A stretch of 64,000 nucleotides of DNA from an uncultured Alphaproteobacteria bacterium. Lineage in GTDB: Bacteria > Pseudomonadota > Alphaproteobacteria > CAAHEQ01 > UBA3637. The DNA is taken from positions 384-64,383 of the forward strand of contig CAJOPC010000029.1 in the NCBI GenBank assembly GCA_905236245.1, written 5' to 3'. The translations under genes were made by a program, and so were the position numbers. The notes under the pieces were generated by a model. The model saw nothing but the letters and a program-made list of their open reading frames with translations, was not told the origin of the DNA and did not search any database. This document shows, piece by piece, positions 1 through 9,796 of this stretch; the first letter of the stretch is position 1, and each line of letters opens with the position of its first letter.

Positions 1-917
1 GTATATGTTTTGGCAAAATCGATCAATATGTTGCCAACTTCCGGCTGATACTCACTCAAATCCATACCAAACAAAATATCGGCTTTGTTTGCACTTTCCG
101 CCAACGCTGCGGCCTCTTTATCAGATGCCGTTTCAGAAATAGTATAAATAGAAAGCCCCTTTGCCGCAGAGCTTCTCGCACTATCTGCATGGATTGAAAT
201 AAACAAATCTGCATTTGCTTTATGGGCTTTTTCGATACGTCCGCGCAAAGTGACATAGTAATCTTTATCACGCGTCATAACAACCTTATATCCCGCCTTT
301 TCAAGCAACACCTTTGTTTCTTTTGCCATTTTTAAGGTTAGGTCTTTTTCATATTTTCCTGATCGAGAAATGGCACCAGGATCCTGTCCGCCATGTCCCG
401 GATCCAACATAACAATTTTTTTTCTCATGATGGACTTTTTGGGCTGTTCCGACTTCGCCGGCGCTTGAGTGGCAACACTTTGTGCTGTATTTGAAAAAGC
501 CTTTATGCCTACCTGAGGGGTATCATTTGTTAAATCAACAACAAATCGCCATGGCGCCCCTCCTTGCGGAGGCAATGTAAAATGCTTTTCCGTAATATCG
601 TTGCTCGATAAATCCAATACAATCCGGCTCACTTCTGATGAGGGTGTTCCCAATCGGACCCCCGCCACAAAATCAATTTGGTTAAATTGTTTTTGACGCA
701 ACGCCTGTGAAAAAGATGCTTTTTTGACATCTACAACCAATCTTGGAGGACTTTTCAAATGACTTAACACGATTTCTGCCTGTTGATCCAAGTCAACAAC
801 ACAACGAATCGTTTGAGGGCTATTCACGGCCAATCTCAAATCTTGTATAGTTTGAGCACATACCGATGATACGGTCGTCAATACAAACAATCCTAATCCG
901 AATAAATATCTTAACAT
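1..917 (-). CDS. amiC: N-acetylmuramoyl-L-alanine amidase (AmiC-like), 3' end outside window
   Basis: Not in the ORF track because it is truncated at the window edge. Manual translation from ATG at 917 gives MLRYLFGLGLFVLTTVSSVCAQ (signal peptide), then MLDPGHGGQDPGAISRSG and ADLFISIHADS, which are Amidase_3-type motifs. Frame checked at 428 and about 200. Confidence 0.8.
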   Translation of the reverse strand, partial: MLRYLFGLGLFVLTTVSSVCAQTIQDLRLAVNSPQTIRCVVDLDQQAEIVLSHLKSPPRLVVDVKKASFSQALRQKQFNQIDFVAGVRLGTPSSEVSRIVLDLSSNDITEKHFTLPPQGGAPWRFVVDLTNDTPQVGIKAFSNTAQSVATQAPAKSEQPKKSIMRKKIVMLDPGHGGQDPGAISRSGKYEKDLTLKMAKETKVLLEKAGYKVVMTRDKDYYVTLRGRIEKAHKANADLFISIHADSARSSAAKGLSIYTISETASDKEAAALAESANKADILFGMDLSEYQPEVGNILIDFAKTY

Positions 918-941
918 TTTTCCCCGGGTTAAAAAAAACAC

Positions 942-970
942 TTGCTTATTTCTTCATATACCTATATAAT
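942..970 (+). promoter_or_regulatory. sigma70-type promoter upstream of rne with a long leader
   Basis: TTGCTT (942-947), 17-nt spacer, TATAAT (965-970). This leaves a leader of about 170 nt before the rne ATG at 1149. Long autoregulatory rne leaders are known in other bacteria. Confidence 0.4.
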
Positions 971-1148
971 AAAAAAAGCAATTAAAAAATTGCTGTCCAA
1001 AAAGATTTTTGATAACAAAGGTGAACAATTTAATGGTTATGATAGGTTACTTTTTCTTGTTCCTTGTAGGGGTTTGCGAAATACCCCAGGTGTTATCCAT
1101 TATATCGAAAAATATTCAAAAAAAACTTAGTTTAAAGGAATTGAAAAA

Positions 1149-3131
1149 ATGTCAAAACAGATGCTTATTGATGCCACACATCCCGAAGAGATGCGTGTGG
1201 TCATATTGGATGAGGGTCGCCTGGACGAATTAGATGTCGATACTCAAAACAAAAAACAAATCAAAGGAAATATTTATTTAGCAAAGGTTGTTCGTGTAGA
1301 GCCATCTTTACAGGCTGCTTTTGTTGAATATGGCGGGAACAGACACGGTTTTTTGGCTTTTGGTGAAATCCATCCAGATTATTATCAAATCCCCGTGGAT
1401 GATCGCGAAGCATTGAAAAAAGAAATGGCCGAAGAGGCCGAAAAAGAAGGCGATACAGAATCTGTTGAAGCTGATGTGGATAGTTTAGGCGAAAATGATG
1501 AAATTGTTCGTATTCGCCCCTCTTTTTATAAAAAATATCGCATTCAAGAAGTTATTCATCCAGGGCAAGTTATGTTGGTTCAAGCCGTAAAGGAAGAACG
1601 TGGCAACAAAGGGGCTGCCATGACGACTTATTTATCATTGGCCGGTCGTTTTTGTGTTTTGATGCCGAACAACGGACGTTGCGGAGGTGTATCCCGCAAA
1701 ATTTCCAGTGCTCAGGATCGTAAAGATTTGCGCGAGATTGTTGATAAGTTGCCCATTCCGGACGGCATGGGAATTATTATTCGCACAGCAGGCCAAGGCA
1801 AAACAAAAACAGACATCAAACGCGACTTTGATTACCTTGTTAAAACATGGGGACAAATTCGCGATTTAACACTCAAATCCATCGCGCCGAAACTAATTCA
1901 CGAAGAAGGCAATATCATCAAACGTTCTTTGCGTGATGTTTTCACAACTGATATTGATGAAATTATCGTGGAAGGTGAAAAGTCTTTCAAAGAAACAAAG
2001 GCGCTTGTAAAATCCTTAATGCCGGCACAAGTTAAAAAGGTTAAAGAATATAAAGGAAAAGTTCCTTTGTTCAACCAGTATCAAGTGGAAGCTCAATTAG
2101 AACAAATTCACAATCACATTGCACGCTTGCCATCCGGCGGATATATCGTTATTGATCAAACAGAAGCATTAGTTGCAGTTGATGTGAACTCCGGTCGTTC
2201 TACACGTGAACACGGCATCGAAGAAACTGCTCTTCAAACGAATTTGGAAACTTGTGAAGAGTTGGCACGCCAACTTCGTTTACGTGATTTGGCTGGTTTA
2301 ATCGTGATTGACTTCATTGATATGGATGAACCCAAAAATAATGCTGCTGTTGAACGGCATTTAAAAGAGGCACTAAAACGCGATCGCGCGCGTATTCAAG
2401 TTGGACGCATGTCTGGCTTCGGTCTTATTGAAATGACCCGTCAACGCTTACATTCCAGCTTTTTGGAATCCAGCTATAAGCCTTGCCCATATTGTGGAGG
2501 CATTGGTGTTATTCGCTCGGTAGAATCTAGCGCCATGCATGCCCTGAGGTTATTAGAGGAAGCCGCGATCAAGAACACACGTAGCTCTTTGTTGTTATCC
2601 GTGACGCCGGATGTGGCAGAATATTTATCGAACCACAAACGTGTTCACCTATTAGAATTGGAAAAGAACTATCAAGTTGGCATTCAAATTTTGGCAGATG
2701 AAGATTTGATTAAAGTGGATGATTTCAAATTGGAACGTCTCCGCGAAGATGGAAATAAAACCGCTTTACAACAAGATTCCCTTGTGATTCCTCGTGGGCA
2801 CAAAGTTGACTTGAATGCGCTTGGTGATGAAGTTGTTATTGGGGACGATATCAAAGGACGGCATGGACGCCGCCATCGCGATTGGCGCAAAAAAGGCAAC
2901 AAGGAAAATCGTGAAAAGCAAGAATCTTCCCAATCCGAGCCAGAATTTAAAGTCGTAGAGCAAACTTCTTTACAAGAAGCTCAATCGCAAGAAACAAAAT
3001 CCGCTCGGACTAAACACAAAGGGAAAAAGACGCCGGGGGAAAAGAAAACCGAGCCTGTTCAACAAACCAATGAAAAAACCGAAGAGCCAAAAGTGGCTAA
3101 AAAAGGTTGGTGGAACAGGTTGGTGAACTAA
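1149..3131 (+). CDS. rne: ribonuclease E/G family endoribonuclease (RNase E) with Lys/Glu-rich C-terminal tail
   Basis: 660 aa. S1 domain GNIYLAKVVRVEPSLQAAFVEYG, catalytic DVNSGR motif, CPYCGG Zn-link, low-complexity basic/acidic tail. Confidence 0.9.
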   Translation: MSKQMLIDATHPEEMRVVILDEGRLDELDVDTQNKKQIKGNIYLAKVVRVEPSLQAAFVEYGGNRHGFLAFGEIHPDYYQIPVDDREALKKEMAEEAEKEGDTESVEADVDSLGENDEIVRIRPSFYKKYRIQEVIHPGQVMLVQAVKEERGNKGAAMTTYLSLAGRFCVLMPNNGRCGGVSRKISSAQDRKDLREIVDKLPIPDGMGIIIRTAGQGKTKTDIKRDFDYLVKTWGQIRDLTLKSIAPKLIHEEGNIIKRSLRDVFTTDIDEIIVEGEKSFKETKALVKSLMPAQVKKVKEYKGKVPLFNQYQVEAQLEQIHNHIARLPSGGYIVIDQTEALVAVDVNSGRSTREHGIEETALQTNLETCEELARQLRLRDLAGLIVIDFIDMDEPKNNAAVERHLKEALKRDRARIQVGRMSGFGLIEMTRQRLHSSFLESSYKPCPYCGGIGVIRSVESSAMHALRLLEEAAIKNTRSSLLLSVTPDVAEYLSNHKRVHLLELEKNYQVGIQILADEDLIKVDDFKLERLREDGNKTALQQDSLVIPRGHKVDLNALGDEVVIGDDIKGRHGRRHRDWRKKGNKENREKQESSQSEPEFKVVEQTSLQEAQSQETKSARTKHKGKKTPGEKKTEPVQQTNEKTEEPKVAKKGWWNRLVN

Positions 3132-3138
3132 TCAAAAT

Positions 3139-3168
3139 AAAATCCTCGGAAACTTTCCGAGGATTTTT
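3139..3168. terminator. bidirectional intrinsic terminator between convergent rne and dCMP deaminase genes
   Basis: AAAATCCTCGG / CCGAGGATTTT inverted repeat flanked by an A-run and a T-run. Confidence 0.6.
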
Positions 3169-3174
3169 TGTATC

Positions 3175-3657
3175 TTATTTATATTCCAAAGGTTCATCAT
3201 TTAAATAATCAATTTGAACTTCGGCCTGTCGCAACATTTCTTCAGCCTCAGAGCCCGCATGATACTTATATTCTGCCACAACCCGTTTGATTCCGCTGGC
3301 AATCAATAACATGGCACAAGTCCGACACGGAGCAAGCTTGCAATAAACCGTGGCTCCTTCGATAGAAACCCCTCGCCTAGCCGCTTGGCAAATAGCATTT
3401 TGCTCGGCGTGAATTGTCCGCATGCAATGCATACTTTCCTGGCCATCATCATCAACAACTTTTTTCATTAAATGACCAACTTCATCACAATGCGGGAAAC
3501 CTGGCGGAGAGCCTACATAACCAGACACAATAATTTGTCTGTCTTTCACAACGACACATGCCGTTCTTCCTCTGTCGCAAGTTGCTCGCTTGGACAAAGC
3601 GTGGACAACTTCCATAAAATATTCATCCCATGTTGGTCGTTGATATGTATCAGCCAT
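3175..3657 (-). CDS. deoxycytidylate (dCMP) deaminase
   Basis: 160 aa. Zinc-binding cytidine/dCMP deaminase motifs HAEQNAI and PCRTCA. Confidence 0.85.
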   Translation of the reverse strand: MADTYQRPTWDEYFMEVVHALSKRATCDRGRTACVVVKDRQIIVSGYVGSPPGFPHCDEVGHLMKKVVDDDGQESMHCMRTIHAEQNAICQAARRGVSIEGATVYCKLAPCRTCAMLLIASGIKRVVAEYKYHAGSEAEEMLRQAEVQIDYLNDEPLEYK

Positions 3658-3719
3658 TGTCTCCTCCTATAAAAAAAGCGCCGCTATCTAAACGACGCTT
3701 GAATCTAAAAACAAAAAAA

Positions 3720-4013
3720 TTAAAGTCCTTTCTTTGCCTTGGCAGCCATCACACGGTCACGCAATTCCAAACATTCTTCAGAAAGCTTGGATGGTTGTGT
3801 ATTCAACAAATATAAATCCAAACCACCATTTTTTTCAATTGTGCGCAAACCTGCAGAGGATAAACGCAACGTAACCGGAGCGGCCAAAATTTCGCTATAA
3901 ATTGCAACAGATTGCAAATTTGGCACAAACCGACGACGGGTCTTCTTTTTGGAATAACAGTTGTTATTTCCGGACATCACACCTTTTCCCGTGACTAAAC
4001 ACTTTTTTGTCAT
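3720..4013 (-). CDS. rpmB: 50S ribosomal protein L28
   Basis: Internal ATG at 4013 gives a 97-aa protein, MTKKCLVTGKGVMSGNN...RRRFVPNLQ, typical of L28. The track ORF starts 21 codons upstream at a TTG. Confidence 0.9.
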   Translation of the reverse strand: MTKKCLVTGKGVMSGNNNCYSKKKTRRRFVPNLQSVAIYSEILAAPVTLRLSSAGLRTIEKNGGLDLYLLNTQPSKLSEECLELRDRVMAAKAKKGL

Positions 4014-4086
4014 TTTCAAATCCTTTCTTTTAAAAACTCGTGCTATATTTTTACACGATTTTCGTTTAAAAGTCAAGAACTTTTTC

Positions 4087-5478
4087 TTAAAAAGGATATA
4101 AATCCGGCAGTGGTTTCTTTTTTTCTTGTTTTTTTGCCATATGATGACGGATTTTCAAAACAACAAATGTAATCAAAGCCCCCACTAAAAATGCCAATAA
4201 TACAATGACAAAAATCAATGTCCAAGACAAACTAATTGTTCCATTAACGGCCGTTGGAATGCTCGAAGATTTTTTTTCAATTTTCTTAGATGGCAACTTC
4301 TTTTGGACTGGAGCGGCCTCCTGTTGAACCGGTGCGAGTTCATTTCCCTCTACAACCATGATTTCTTTCTCAGGCAAAGTAGCATATTGCACTTTTTCAG
4401 TGTTTACATTAAACCAAGGGACACTAATTGCCGGCAATGAAATAGCCCCAGCTTGTGTTGGCACAAAAGTCAACTCAACTTGAACCCGACCACTATCGCC
4501 CACATCTTGACGCTGTTCAAGATTGCTATAAGCTTTTAAATTTTTAGTATTAGAAGCACTGGGCACGGGCATTTCATTAGCGCTCACATCTTTCGCTGTT
4601 AAAGTGATTGTTCTTTGAATCGGATCGCCGACCATGACTGTATCAGGCATCTCATAATTTTCTGACAAAGTGACATCCGTACTTGGTAACCACCAACCTT
4701 GATAATTTTGAGGCTTTTCCTTTACCTTTATCCGAATCGGTTCGCTTTGAATCACAACAGGTCTTGGCACCATTGAGGAAAAACTAAACGCTATCATATC
4801 CACAATACTGTTATACCGACTTTTGGGGCGACTATCGAATAAAACCTCTCCTTGAAAAACAAATGGCGGAATGGTTAATTCACCGCTTTCTTTTGGAATA
4901 AAAGAATATATTGTTTTATAACGCTGGACATTATCTGTCTTGCCATCTGGTATCGGTGCACTGACCTGTTCCCACGCTCCGAGGTCAGTTTCTGTAGGAG
5001 AAATTTCTCCATCCGAAATACCTTGAGAATCAAACAACCAAACTTCACAAAGCATTTTTTGTCCGGGATAAACAGCTTTTTTTGAACACTGTGCAGTCAA
5101 CTTGATCTGATCATTTTGAAGGCCCCCCGAATTTGAATTCACAGTTAATACCGCCGCTGGAACAGTCTCATTTCCAACACGCAAACCTTGCACGGTGATA
5201 GTGCCGGCATCATACGGGAAAAGAGTATATGACAACTCATAGCTTGTAGAACCTTTTCCATTGATCCATTGAGAAGATTGCCTTTGTTGTTGTCCGCCGA
5301 TTAAAAAATTTTTTTTCAAAATATCTAAATTCGGCACACCATCAAACGGATGATCTGACGATAAAATCATTTCAACCGCTTCACCTTTCACGACAGGATT
5401 AGGCTTAAATTGAATCGTTACAGCAGCCTGAACTACTGTTGAATAAACTAACACAATCAATAAAATAATATATTTCAT
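4087..5478 (-). CDS. batD: BatD-like (aerotolerance operon) membrane-anchored protein
   Basis: 463 aa with signal peptide, C-terminal TM helix and basic tail. Last gene of a batA-batB-batD-type operon with 4-nt overlaps. Confidence 0.65.
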   Translation of the reverse strand: MKYIILLIVLVYSTVVQAAVTIQFKPNPVVKGEAVEMILSSDHPFDGVPNLDILKKNFLIGGQQQRQSSQWINGKGSTSYELSYTLFPYDAGTITVQGLRVGNETVPAAVLTVNSNSGGLQNDQIKLTAQCSKKAVYPGQKMLCEVWLFDSQGISDGEISPTETDLGAWEQVSAPIPDGKTDNVQRYKTIYSFIPKESGELTIPPFVFQGEVLFDSRPKSRYNSIVDMIAFSFSSMVPRPVVIQSEPIRIKVKEKPQNYQGWWLPSTDVTLSENYEMPDTVMVGDPIQRTITLTAKDVSANEMPVPSASNTKNLKAYSNLEQRQDVGDSGRVQVELTFVPTQAGAISLPAISVPWFNVNTEKVQYATLPEKEIMVVEGNELAPVQQEAAPVQKKLPSKKIEKKSSSIPTAVNGTISLSWTLIFVIVLLAFLVGALITFVVLKIRHHMAKKQEKKKPLPDLYPF

Positions 5479-7031
5479 CTTTTCCTCATTTTTTGTTGAT
5501 TTAAACGATATCTTAAAACTCGATAAGGATCGCTTTTGACACGATTCAAAAGCTGTTGTTGCCCTTGATCAAATGGAGATTCTTCCCGATCAGCCTCATT
5601 CACTTCATTTGAATTTTCTTGCTCCTCGGTATCTGTTGATTGTTGCTCAGTCTCCTGTTTTTCTTCCGAGGAATCTTTTTCCTCTTCGGAAGCAGCAGCA
5701 CTTTGTTCTTCATCTTTTTGATTTTGGTCTGATTGCTCTTGCTGATTCATTTCTGAACTTTCAGACTGATTATCTTCTTGATCCGAATTATCATCAGAAT
5801 TATCACCTTGATTTTGATTATTTTGATCAGACTTAGTTTGATCCTGCTCTTCTTTATCCTTGTTTTCTTGCTCTTTGTTTTGATTTTGCTGTTCTTGAGG
5901 CGGCAATTGTTTTTCCAAATATTCTTTGTTAAAACGAGCATCCTCATCATTCGGATCTAATTCTAGCGCTTTTTGGTATGCCCCAATCGCCTGTTGAATT
6001 TGACCAGCATGTGCCAAAGCGTTTCCTAGATTATAGGGACTATTTTGAAAGCCCTTGACTGCCGAATTATAATCTCCATCACGATAGGCTTGAACGGCTT
6101 GCATTTCTGCCTCATATTTTCTTTGGGCCGGGCCGGCAAAGAAAGATGCCTCAGCCGATACCATGAACATCAGCATAAAAGCGAATAAGACTCCGCGGCG
6201 GAATGTCAACAATATAAAAGGCAATAAAATCAATACCATTATCCCCGCCAAATCAGCCCACACATCCGCTTGGACATCAGTATTAAAAACGACACTCAAT
6301 TCAGGTTCTGTTGCTTTTAACAAGGTCAAAATATCGCTCGCATCTGCGGAACGGAAACGATAAGTGCCCAAGTTTTTAATCGATTTGGAAATAGCTGCAT
6401 CATCTCCAACACCCAACACGCCCACTGGATAAGGTGTTTCAACATCACGAGCATTGACTCCTCCTGCCGTCAGATAAATAATGCGTCCCTTGCCACCAAC
6501 TTGTTGGATCAAGCGATTTGCCTCCTTAAAGCCTTCGGACAATTGCCAACCTTGTCCGGGCAACACAGAGGCATCCAAAGAAGAAATAAGATTTCGCAAT
6601 AATGCTCTATCCTGCGTAAACGGCAAAGCCGTATATCCTTGATTATCATATAAAACCAATGCAACTCTATTTCCCTTTAATGCCGTTAACAAATCGTGCA
6701 TTTTAATTTTAGCACTGGCTAACGCACTCCCTTGCATGGAAGGGCTTAAATCAAACAAAACAACTGTATTGGGCAAAGCATTACTTGTCGGAACAGGCAA
6801 TTTTTCAAAAGCGGGTCCACTGGCCGCAATAATCAATAAACTCCACAACCCCCATAATAAGGGCTGCCATACTTTCTTGTGATGTGCATCTGTCTGCATC
6901 AATAAAAACGGAAGTAGCTTTTTATCCACCCATTTTGTCCAGGGGGATTTTTGGACTTGCTGCCGTTGCCAAAAATAAAATAACAACGGAATAAAAATAA
7001 GCAACAAAAGCCATGGTCTGATAAAAATCAT
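5475..7031 (-). CDS. batB: VWA plus TPR protein (BatB/BatC-like fusion) with Gln/Glu/Asp/Ser-rich low-complexity tail
   Basis: 518 aa. N-terminal TM helices, MIDAS-like VVLFDLSPSM, TPR segment AIGAYQKALELDPNDEDARFN, then about 120 aa of acidic low complexity. Confidence 0.7.
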   Translation of the reverse strand: MIFIRPWLLLLIFIPLLFYFWQRQQVQKSPWTKWVDKKLLPFLLMQTDAHHKKVWQPLLWGLWSLLIIAASGPAFEKLPVPTSNALPNTVVLFDLSPSMQGSALASAKIKMHDLLTALKGNRVALVLYDNQGYTALPFTQDRALLRNLISSLDASVLPGQGWQLSEGFKEANRLIQQVGGKGRIIYLTAGGVNARDVETPYPVGVLGVGDDAAISKSIKNLGTYRFRSADASDILTLLKATEPELSVVFNTDVQADVWADLAGIMVLILLPFILLTFRRGVLFAFMLMFMVSAEASFFAGPAQRKYEAEMQAVQAYRDGDYNSAVKGFQNSPYNLGNALAHAGQIQQAIGAYQKALELDPNDEDARFNKEYLEKQLPPQEQQNQNKEQENKDKEEQDQTKSDQNNQNQGDNSDDNSDQEDNQSESSEMNQQEQSDQNQKDEEQSAAASEEEKDSSEEKQETEQQSTDTEEQENSNEVNEADREESPFDQGQQQLLNRVKSDPYRVLRYRLNQQKMRKR

Positions 7032-8011
7032 CCGACTCTCCTACTTAAAAACGCCAAAATCCAACAAGCCAATCCACACAAAATCAGCACATAGGCCAAT
7101 TCTTTTCTGGGCCGAACAGTTACATCTTCCGATTCTACGGCCTCCAATGTATCAATTGTATCATAAATTTGTTTTAAATCTCGCGTTGATTTTGCTCTAA
7201 AATATTGACCACCTGTGTCCGAAGCAACCTTTTTCAATGTTGCTTCATCTAAATCCAACCCGCTGGAATTTTGAATAAAGCCAAAGAAATTTTGCAAAGA
7301 TTGTTTATCGGAGCCAATGCCAATTGTATAAACTTTCACATGCGCCTGTTGCGCCAACCGCAAAGCCTCATCCATTTGAATGACGCCGGCATTAGAAATA
7401 CCATCAGACATCAAAATGACAATACGAGCATTTTCGGGAACAGCTGATGCCGTTTGCACCGCCAACGCCAAAGCATCTCCCATGGCTGTTTGATTGCCGG
7501 CTATACCAATACCTATTTCTGATAGCAATTCTTCTAAGGTCTTAGTATCCGGTGAAATTGGGGCATAGGTATATGCTTCCGAGCCGAAAATTACCAATCC
7601 AATATTATCTCCTGTTCTTTTTTGAATAAAATCTTTTGCTAAATTTTTAACGATATTCAACCGTGTAATCGGTCGTCCATTAACATCAAAATCTTTTTCT
7701 TCCATCGAAGCAGAAACATCTAGTGTCAATACAATATTGCGCGCGTCTCTATTAACCTGCTGAGCCTCACCAATCCACACTGGACGAGCCGCTGCAACCA
7801 CAAAGAAAAACCAAGCTAAGCCCCAAAAAAATGGGGACACAAGACGTCGTTCTGCAACACTTCCTCCGTTGAGTTTTTTCAGACGATTAAAAAACGGAAC
7901 CTTTAAAGCTCCTGTTAATACCATCTCTCCCTCTCCAGGCTTCATCCACTTTCGCACCAGCCAAGGGAGCGGCAACAACAACAAAATAACCGGCCATAAA
8001 AATTGATACAT
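7028..8011 (-). CDS. batA: VWA domain protein BatA
   Basis: 327 aa. Two N-terminal TM helices, MIDAS DVSASM, C-terminal TM helix. Confidence 0.75.
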   Translation of the reverse strand: MYQFLWPVILLLLPLPWLVRKWMKPGEGEMVLTGALKVPFFNRLKKLNGGSVAERRLVSPFFWGLAWFFFVVAAARPVWIGEAQQVNRDARNIVLTLDVSASMEEKDFDVNGRPITRLNIVKNLAKDFIQKRTGDNIGLVIFGSEAYTYAPISPDTKTLEELLSEIGIGIAGNQTAMGDALALAVQTASAVPENARIVILMSDGISNAGVIQMDEALRLAQQAHVKVYTIGIGSDKQSLQNFFGFIQNSSGLDLDEATLKKVASDTGGQYFRAKSTRDLKQIYDTIDTLEAVESEDVTVRPRKELAYVLILCGLACWILAFLSRRVG

Positions 8012-8117
8012 AATTTTAGTATAAAAATTTTTTGGAAAAAGGCAAGTCCCATAAAAATAAATATATCTCTTGACAGAAATTGTTCAAAAGATTACCCTAA
8101 GGAAGAGAGGAATTTTT

Positions 8118-8876
8118 ATGTTTTCTTTATTTATTTTAGCATTGATTCAAAGTTTGACGGAATTTTTGCCGTTCAGCTCTTCCGGTCATTTATTATTGTT
8201 GCCGTTTTTTGGCTTATCCGAACAAGGTTTGGGCGTAGATGTGGCCTTACATGTCGGAACTTTAGTTGCTGTGGCAGTTTACTTTTTCAGTGACTTATGG
8301 AAAATTTTGCTATTCAAAAACAATCATCTGTTAGGCTTGTTAATTACAGCTTCTATCCCCGTCGCACTCATGGGATTATCACTCAGCCATTTGGCGGAAA
8401 ATTACTTTCGATCCCCACTAATTGTTGGATCGACCTCTATCTTCTTTGGTATTTTGTTATGGCAAGTAGATGTTAGATTCCGTTGTCACAGAAAAATCGA
8501 TCAAATGGGGTTAGGCGAGGCGTTCCTAATTGGCTGTGCTCAAATATTAGCACTCATTCCAGGAACAAGCCGGTCCGGCATTACCATTACTTGCGCCAGA
8601 TGGTTGGGTTTCAAGCGTGAAGAAAGCGCTCGCTTTTCCATGTTATTATCTATTCCAACAATATCGATGGCCGCCCTGTATATGGGATGGAAAGCCTACA
8701 CCGGACAAATTACTCTGCCTCCCATTCCAGACTTGAGTTTTGCTGTGTTAACATCAGGCATTTTTGGATTATTGGCTATCGCCTTTTTAATGAAATGGGT
8801 CCAAAAAGCATCCTTTTTTGTGTTCACACTTTATCGTGTGATTTTGGGATTGTTCCTCATCATTTATTTTTGGTAA
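8118..8876 (+). CDS. uppP: undecaprenyl-diphosphate phosphatase
   Basis: ATG at 8118 preceded by GGAAGAGAGG. MFSLFILALIQSLTEFLPFSSSGHLLL and PGTSRSG motifs of the BacA/UppP family. Confidence 0.9.
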   Translation: MFSLFILALIQSLTEFLPFSSSGHLLLLPFFGLSEQGLGVDVALHVGTLVAVAVYFFSDLWKILLFKNNHLLGLLITASIPVALMGLSLSHLAENYFRSPLIVGSTSIFFGILLWQVDVRFRCHRKIDQMGLGEAFLIGCAQILALIPGTSRSGITITCARWLGFKREESARFSMLLSIPTISMAALYMGWKAYTGQITLPPIPDLSFAVLTSGIFGLLAIAFLMKWVQKASFFVFTLYRVILGLFLIIYFW

Positions 8877-8877
8877 T

Positions 8878-9564
8878 TTATCGAACAATTAAGCTTGGGA
8901 AAAGTTCTTTAATTGGCTGTAAATTTTCAAGCGTAAAAAAGGTGTCAATGGCACTTTGTTCCGGGGGATTTTTATCTGTATCAAATGTCCGATATTTTTG
9001 CATGGCATAGGTCTTTACTCCCAACCCATGTAAATCTTTTGCAATCGCCAATATATCTTTCGGCGTCAGGTATGTCGGATCACAAGTCGTGCGCGCTTCA
9101 AAAGAAACGCATTTTCCCAACAAAAAAGACAAACTTTCTTTCACTTTTTCAACCATATTAGGACGCCCAGATAATACATCATATTTATCCCAAGGAGCCT
9201 TGATATCCAAACCGACCCAATCAATATCTGTAATCATTTGCCGTAGTTTTTCTGGATATACTCCGGAGGTATGAATACCAACCTTAAAACCCAATTCCTT
9301 TACTGTATGCACTAAATCTACAATATCCGGTTGCATCAATGGTTCTCCTCCGGAAAAAACAACACCATCCAACTTACCTTTTCGCGTGCTCAAAAAAGAT
9401 ATAACTTCATCCCAACTTATATCCCCAATACCATCATTTTCTTGCAGATCCGGGTTATGACAAAAGGGACACCGTAAAGGGCATCCCTTGAAAAAGACAA
9501 CGGCCGCTAGACACCCGGGAAAATCAATTGTGGTAAAGGGAACTAAACCTGCGACCGTTGCCAT
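8878..9564 (-). CDS. nrdG: anaerobic ribonucleoside-triphosphate reductase activating protein (radical SAM)
   Basis: 228 aa. CPLRCPFCHN radical-SAM cluster motif. Immediately downstream of nrdD and the small glycyl-radical ORF. Confidence 0.85.
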   Translation of the reverse strand: MATVAGLVPFTTIDFPGCLAAVVFFKGCPLRCPFCHNPDLQENDGIGDISWDEVISFLSTRKGKLDGVVFSGGEPLMQPDIVDLVHTVKELGFKVGIHTSGVYPEKLRQMITDIDWVGLDIKAPWDKYDVLSGRPNMVEKVKESLSFLLGKCVSFEARTTCDPTYLTPKDILAIAKDLHGLGVKTYAMQKYRTFDTDKNPPEQSAIDTFFTLENLQPIKELFPSLIVR

Positions 9565-9576
9565 GTATATAACCTA

Positions 9577-9780
9577 TTAACCAGCAAGCTTCATTTCATC
9601 ACAATGACATATCTTTTCTTCTTCAAACCACTTGCGTTCTTTAAATTCTGATTTTTTGCCAATATTGAAGTGGCTAACTGGACGGAAATACCCCATGCAC
9701 CGCGTCCAAATTTCACATTCTTTGCGTTCGCTTTCATACAGTTTCAAAATTTCTTGATCTGTCATCTTTTGATCCATCAT
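9577..9780 (-). CDS. stand-alone 67-aa glycyl-radical domain peptide of class III RNR
   Basis: ATGATG at 9780 is preceded by AAGGGGAG (9 nt upstream). EIWTRCMGYFRPVSHFNIGKKSEFKERKWF matches the C-terminal RxxGY...N.GK..E...R glycyl-radical motif normally fused to NrdD. It is in a different frame from nrdD. Confidence 0.65.
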   Translation of the reverse strand: MMDQKMTDQEILKLYESERKECEIWTRCMGYFRPVSHFNIGKKSEFKERKWFEEEKICHCDEMKLAG

Positions 9781-9796
9781 TTTTTTATTCTCCCCT

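Noticed and set aside
942-1233. 62-aa and 74-aa ORFs in the rne leader and 5' end.
   Set aside because: They overlap the predicted promoter/leader and the rne start. They are low complexity with no RBS, and this region is more plausibly the regulatory 5' UTR of rne.
4014-4076. 21-codon TTG-initiated extension of rpmB.
   Set aside because: L28 orthologues start at MxKxC. The internal ATG gives the canonical 97-aa protein.
5573-5960. Three 60-87-aa ORFs on both strands within the acidic tail region of the BatB-like gene.
   Set aside because: They are artefacts of repetitive GAA/GAT/CAA-rich low-complexity coding sequence.
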